Assembly (NCBI RefSeq): GCF_006345805.1
Contig: NW_021827104.1
Location: 1 to 11,051, forward strand
Origin: Octopus sinensis
Lineage: Eukaryota
Direction of reading: 5' to 3'
Length of the DNA stretch: 11,051 bases
Shown: positions 8,396 to 11,051 of the stretch, piece after piece
Layout: every line of letters starts with the position of its first letter
How positions within the stretch are numbered: the stretch's first letter is position 1
Notes under the pieces: model-generated
Seen by the model: only the letters and a program-made list of their open reading frames with translations
The model's database searches: none
What the model was told of the DNA's origin: nothing
Translations under genes and position numbers: made by a program

Positions 8396-9379
8396 TTAAT
8401 CATCAAGTACTTTCCCTAATTATCTATGATTTACCTCCATCTATTTACAAGCTTTTTAATCCCATCAACGTAAACTCTTTTGGTTTGAAAGCGAAGAACT
8501 CTGAAATGTCAGGTTCGACCTCCCCCTGGCTTGCGAAAGTGTATCCCCCCTACTAATTCTGTAAACTATGAAACAAATGGTATCCTGAAGGAGTAAGGTC
8601 GGGAGAATAAGTTGGATGAAGAAATTTTCCAAACCGACCCCTTCGATCTTCTGTGATGTGATCTTTGCAGTGTGGGGTTGCGCTTTGTCCTGATGAAACA
8701 TCACTCGTTTTCGACTCACTAAAGCGGCTCTTTTTTCCTTCAAAGCTTGGTTCAAACGCTCTAATTGCTGACAGTAGACTTGAGCATTGATGTTGCATTA
8801 GGTGGTAACAATATAAAGTGAATTACGCCTTTGCAATCGCACCAGATAGAGAGTAGAACCTTCCCATGAAGTTCCCTCTCGGTTTGTGGTTGAGAATTTT
8901 CCCTTTTACCAAGCCACTGTTTACGACGTCTAACATTTCGATAGAAAATCCATTTTTCATCACAAGTCTATCGAAAAGGGTGAATGAAATGAGTTGCGAG
9001 AATGGAGAGAAGAGCAATGCCAACTCGGGATTTGCGGTTGCTTTCGGACAATACATAAGGCACCTATTTCCAAGTTTAGGAATCTTTCCACGTTGTTGAA
9101 GATGACGATGAACTGTTGTATGGTTTGAAGTAAGCTTTATTGCCAATTCTTCAACTGATAATGACGGATTTTCAAGTAATGCCTCAGGAGCTTGTCAAAC
9201 TCAACTGGACATCCTGTTCGATATTCATCTTCAATTTGCAGACGATCTCCTGCAAGTTCTTTCATTCGAGCACTTTGCCATAAACTGAGGTATGTTTCGA
9301 GTCACTTCGGCAGCAGAGTTACCTTTATTGTACTCATAAAGAATTATATGTGCCTTAAATGCTCCTTGGATACTTCCAT
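8396..9379 (-). pseudogene. Mariner (DD34D) transposase pseudogene
   Basis: Frameshift-corrected reading gives MEVSKEHLRHI-ILYEYNKGNSAAEVTRNI ... GKIPKLG ... DEKWIFYRNVRRRKQW ... MFHQDKAQPHTAKIT ... HPTYSPDLTPSGYHLFHSLQN ... FYVDGIKKLVNRW. There are 34 residues between the second D and the third catalytic position, which now reads G. Multiple frameshifts and stops are present. Confidence 0.93.
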
Positions 9380-9409
9380 GTTGAAAGGGTTTTAATCAAA
9401 GCAATTTTA

Positions 9410-10717
9410 GGGTGTCCACGAAGTCTGGGTTTATGGAATAAAATCATAACATAAGAAATAATAATTTTCCTTTTTTACTTTTGTTTAAATTAAATAAAAA
9501 AAATACTTTACTTTTCTAAATTTATTTGTTATTTTTTCTACAGATGATCGAATGATGGCTCTGTCTAAAGAAGAAAGAATCCCAGATCGAATGATGAATC
9601 TGTCTAAAGAAGAAAGAAAGAAAGAATCGAGTTAGTATTATTAAGTGGACGAGAGGGGGGAGGTCTTATCGCAAAATTGCGGAAGAATTTAATCTTCCAC
9701 ACCCTTGTAGGCAACCTATTTATTTTACTGCCGTCAGGAAATTGATCAAGACATTTAAAGAAACAGGCAGTGTTTCGGATAAACCCCGTTCCGGGCGACC
9801 AAAGACTTCAGATGAAACTAAAGAGGCTGTCGAGGCTAAAGTTTCTGCTAGCTAGCTAGCCCCCAAAAATCACTTCGTCGGACATCTACGGTGTTAGGTG
9901 TTCCAAAACCAACCATCAACAAAATGCTGGTTGAGGAAAAGTTTCATCGATACAATCTACAGATATTGCATCACTTAAATGAAGACGATCCTGATAGACG
10001 AATGTAGACGTGCGAATGGTTTTCAGATAAATTGGATAAAAATATCAATTTTACGAAAAACTTTGTGTTGTTCAGTGACAAAGCTACGTTTTATGTAAAT
10101 GGTGAGGTCAACAGACAGAATCTTCTATACTGGTCTCGAGAGGTAATCCACATTGGATGGATCTATCCAAACAGCAAGACAGCAAAAAGGTGATGGTGTG
10201 GTGTGGTTTTTGGAAAGCTCATGTTTCTAGGACCCTTCTTCATTGAACATGTACGGAGAGACAAATTAATATCTTAAATTGAGGCGCCTAGGCGAGGGCC
10301 TTCGAATTGTTTCAGCAGGATGAGGCCCCTACCCATTTTGCCACAACTGATAGAGATGATTTAATGACACTTTTCCTCCTCACTAGATTGGAAGAAGGGG
10401 TCATATGGAATGTCCCCTCGTTCACCAGACCTTTCTCCCTTGATTTTCTTTTCTGGGGTATGTTGAAAGAGAAGTTACTCAATAAAGATTACAGATTTCA
10501 AAACACATGAGAGAACGCATTATCAATGTGCTTAAATTGATGGCAATGTGACTATTTAATCAAGTTCACCTGAATTTTGCAAGGCGCATCAAGTTATGCA
10601 TTGAAAATGATGGAAATCACTTTGAAAATATTATTTACTAACATTATAATTAAATAAAATTGTTTTGTTTAAAAGTATGTGTTAATTCCCATGTACGCAG
10701 ACTTTGTGGACACCGTC
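9410..10717 (+). mobile_element. Tc1/mariner DD41D (rosa-type) element nested in the mariner 5' UTR
   Basis: TIR cores GGTGTCCACGAAGTCTGGGTTTATGG (9411-9436) and CCATGTACGCAGACTTTGTGGACACC (10689-10714) match at 22/26. Flanking TA dinucleotides are at 9408-9409 and 10718-10719. A transposase remnant lies inside. Confidence 0.88.
9555..10641 (+). pseudogene. DD41D (rosa-type) transposase pseudogene
   Basis: Frameshift-corrected reading gives MALSKEERIELVLLSG ... FKETGSVSDKPRSGRPKTS ... LFSDKATFYVNGEVNRQN ... KVMVWCG ... GPFFIE ... FQQDEAPTHF ... IGRRGHMECPPRSPDLSPLDFLFWGMLKEK ... CIENDGNHFENIIY*. After correcting frameshifts there are 41 residues between the second and third D. Confidence 0.88.
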
Positions 10718-11051
10718 TATTATTTTGTAAAACAATATTGAATTAGTTTAAACGTACACAAATGCATAAAAATAAATTTTTATTTGAATTAGACATTTGC
10801 AAATATACTATTAAATTTCATTCAAATCTATAAAAACAGGTGGTAAAATTGGACAGAACTGACTGGATGGCTTGATATATATAATCTATGATATTCTAGT
10901 AAGTTTCAAGTTTTAACACCTTGATATCTCATTATCTCATTTATATGCCTAAGACGTTTATTTTCTATTCTGGTTTTATATATTTCTATACATTATATTT
11001 GTATCTATAATTATTTTAAGCCGAAACATAATGCGATCCTTGTACGAACGA

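Larger units (their letters stand above)
8324..10875 (-). mobile_element. Degenerate DD34D mariner element (about 1.25 kb of its own sequence) with a nested DD41D element
   Basis: Transposase remnant lies at 8396-9379. Degenerate TIRs TC-TCAGTCATCCCATAAGTTTCTGAATTTT (8324-8353) and AAAATTGGACAGAACTGACTGGATGGCTTGA (10845-10875) each have an outer TA. Removing 9410-10717 leaves a contiguous AT-rich 5' UTR. Confidence 0.78.

Noticed and set aside
8465-9146. Possible SETMAR or domesticated transposase gene
   Set aside because: No SET domain, many frameshifts and stops, third catalytic D mutated, and TIRs present. It is an ordinary dead mariner.
9845-9862. GCTAGCTAGCTAGC as a transposon excision footprint
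   Set aside because: It is two extra TAGC units in the A-S-P-K codons, which fits slippage. It is not an 8-bp duplication of the original sequence.

Overview
AT-rich eukaryotic DNA with no recognisable host gene or RNA gene. It is almost certainly from an octopus or other coleoid cephalopod, inferred from the SINE families, which I recognise from memory rather than from a search. Roughly 85% of the window is a stack of decayed, nested transposable elements if my Helitron boundaries are right. From left to right: (1) two putative non-autonomous Helitrons on the minus strand, joined directly at a CTAG|TC junction (2019/2018), the first carrying a (GAT)n-tailed SINE fragment; (2) a decayed tRNA/CORE-type SINE with its flank, locally duplicated; (3) a 5'-truncated, frameshifted RTE-clade LINE (3797-6500, minus) flanked by an unusually long ~72-76 bp direct repeat that looks like a target-site duplication; (4) a 577-bp internally deleted mariner with perfect 20-bp TIRs; (5) a degenerate DD34D mariner whose 5' UTR is interrupted by a 1.3-kb DD41D (rosa-type) Tc1/mariner element. 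All transposase and RT frames are broken. Most ORFs in the supplied track are microsatellite artefacts or antisense frames. I see no solid evidence for a new biological system. The most notable observations concern transposition mechanism.
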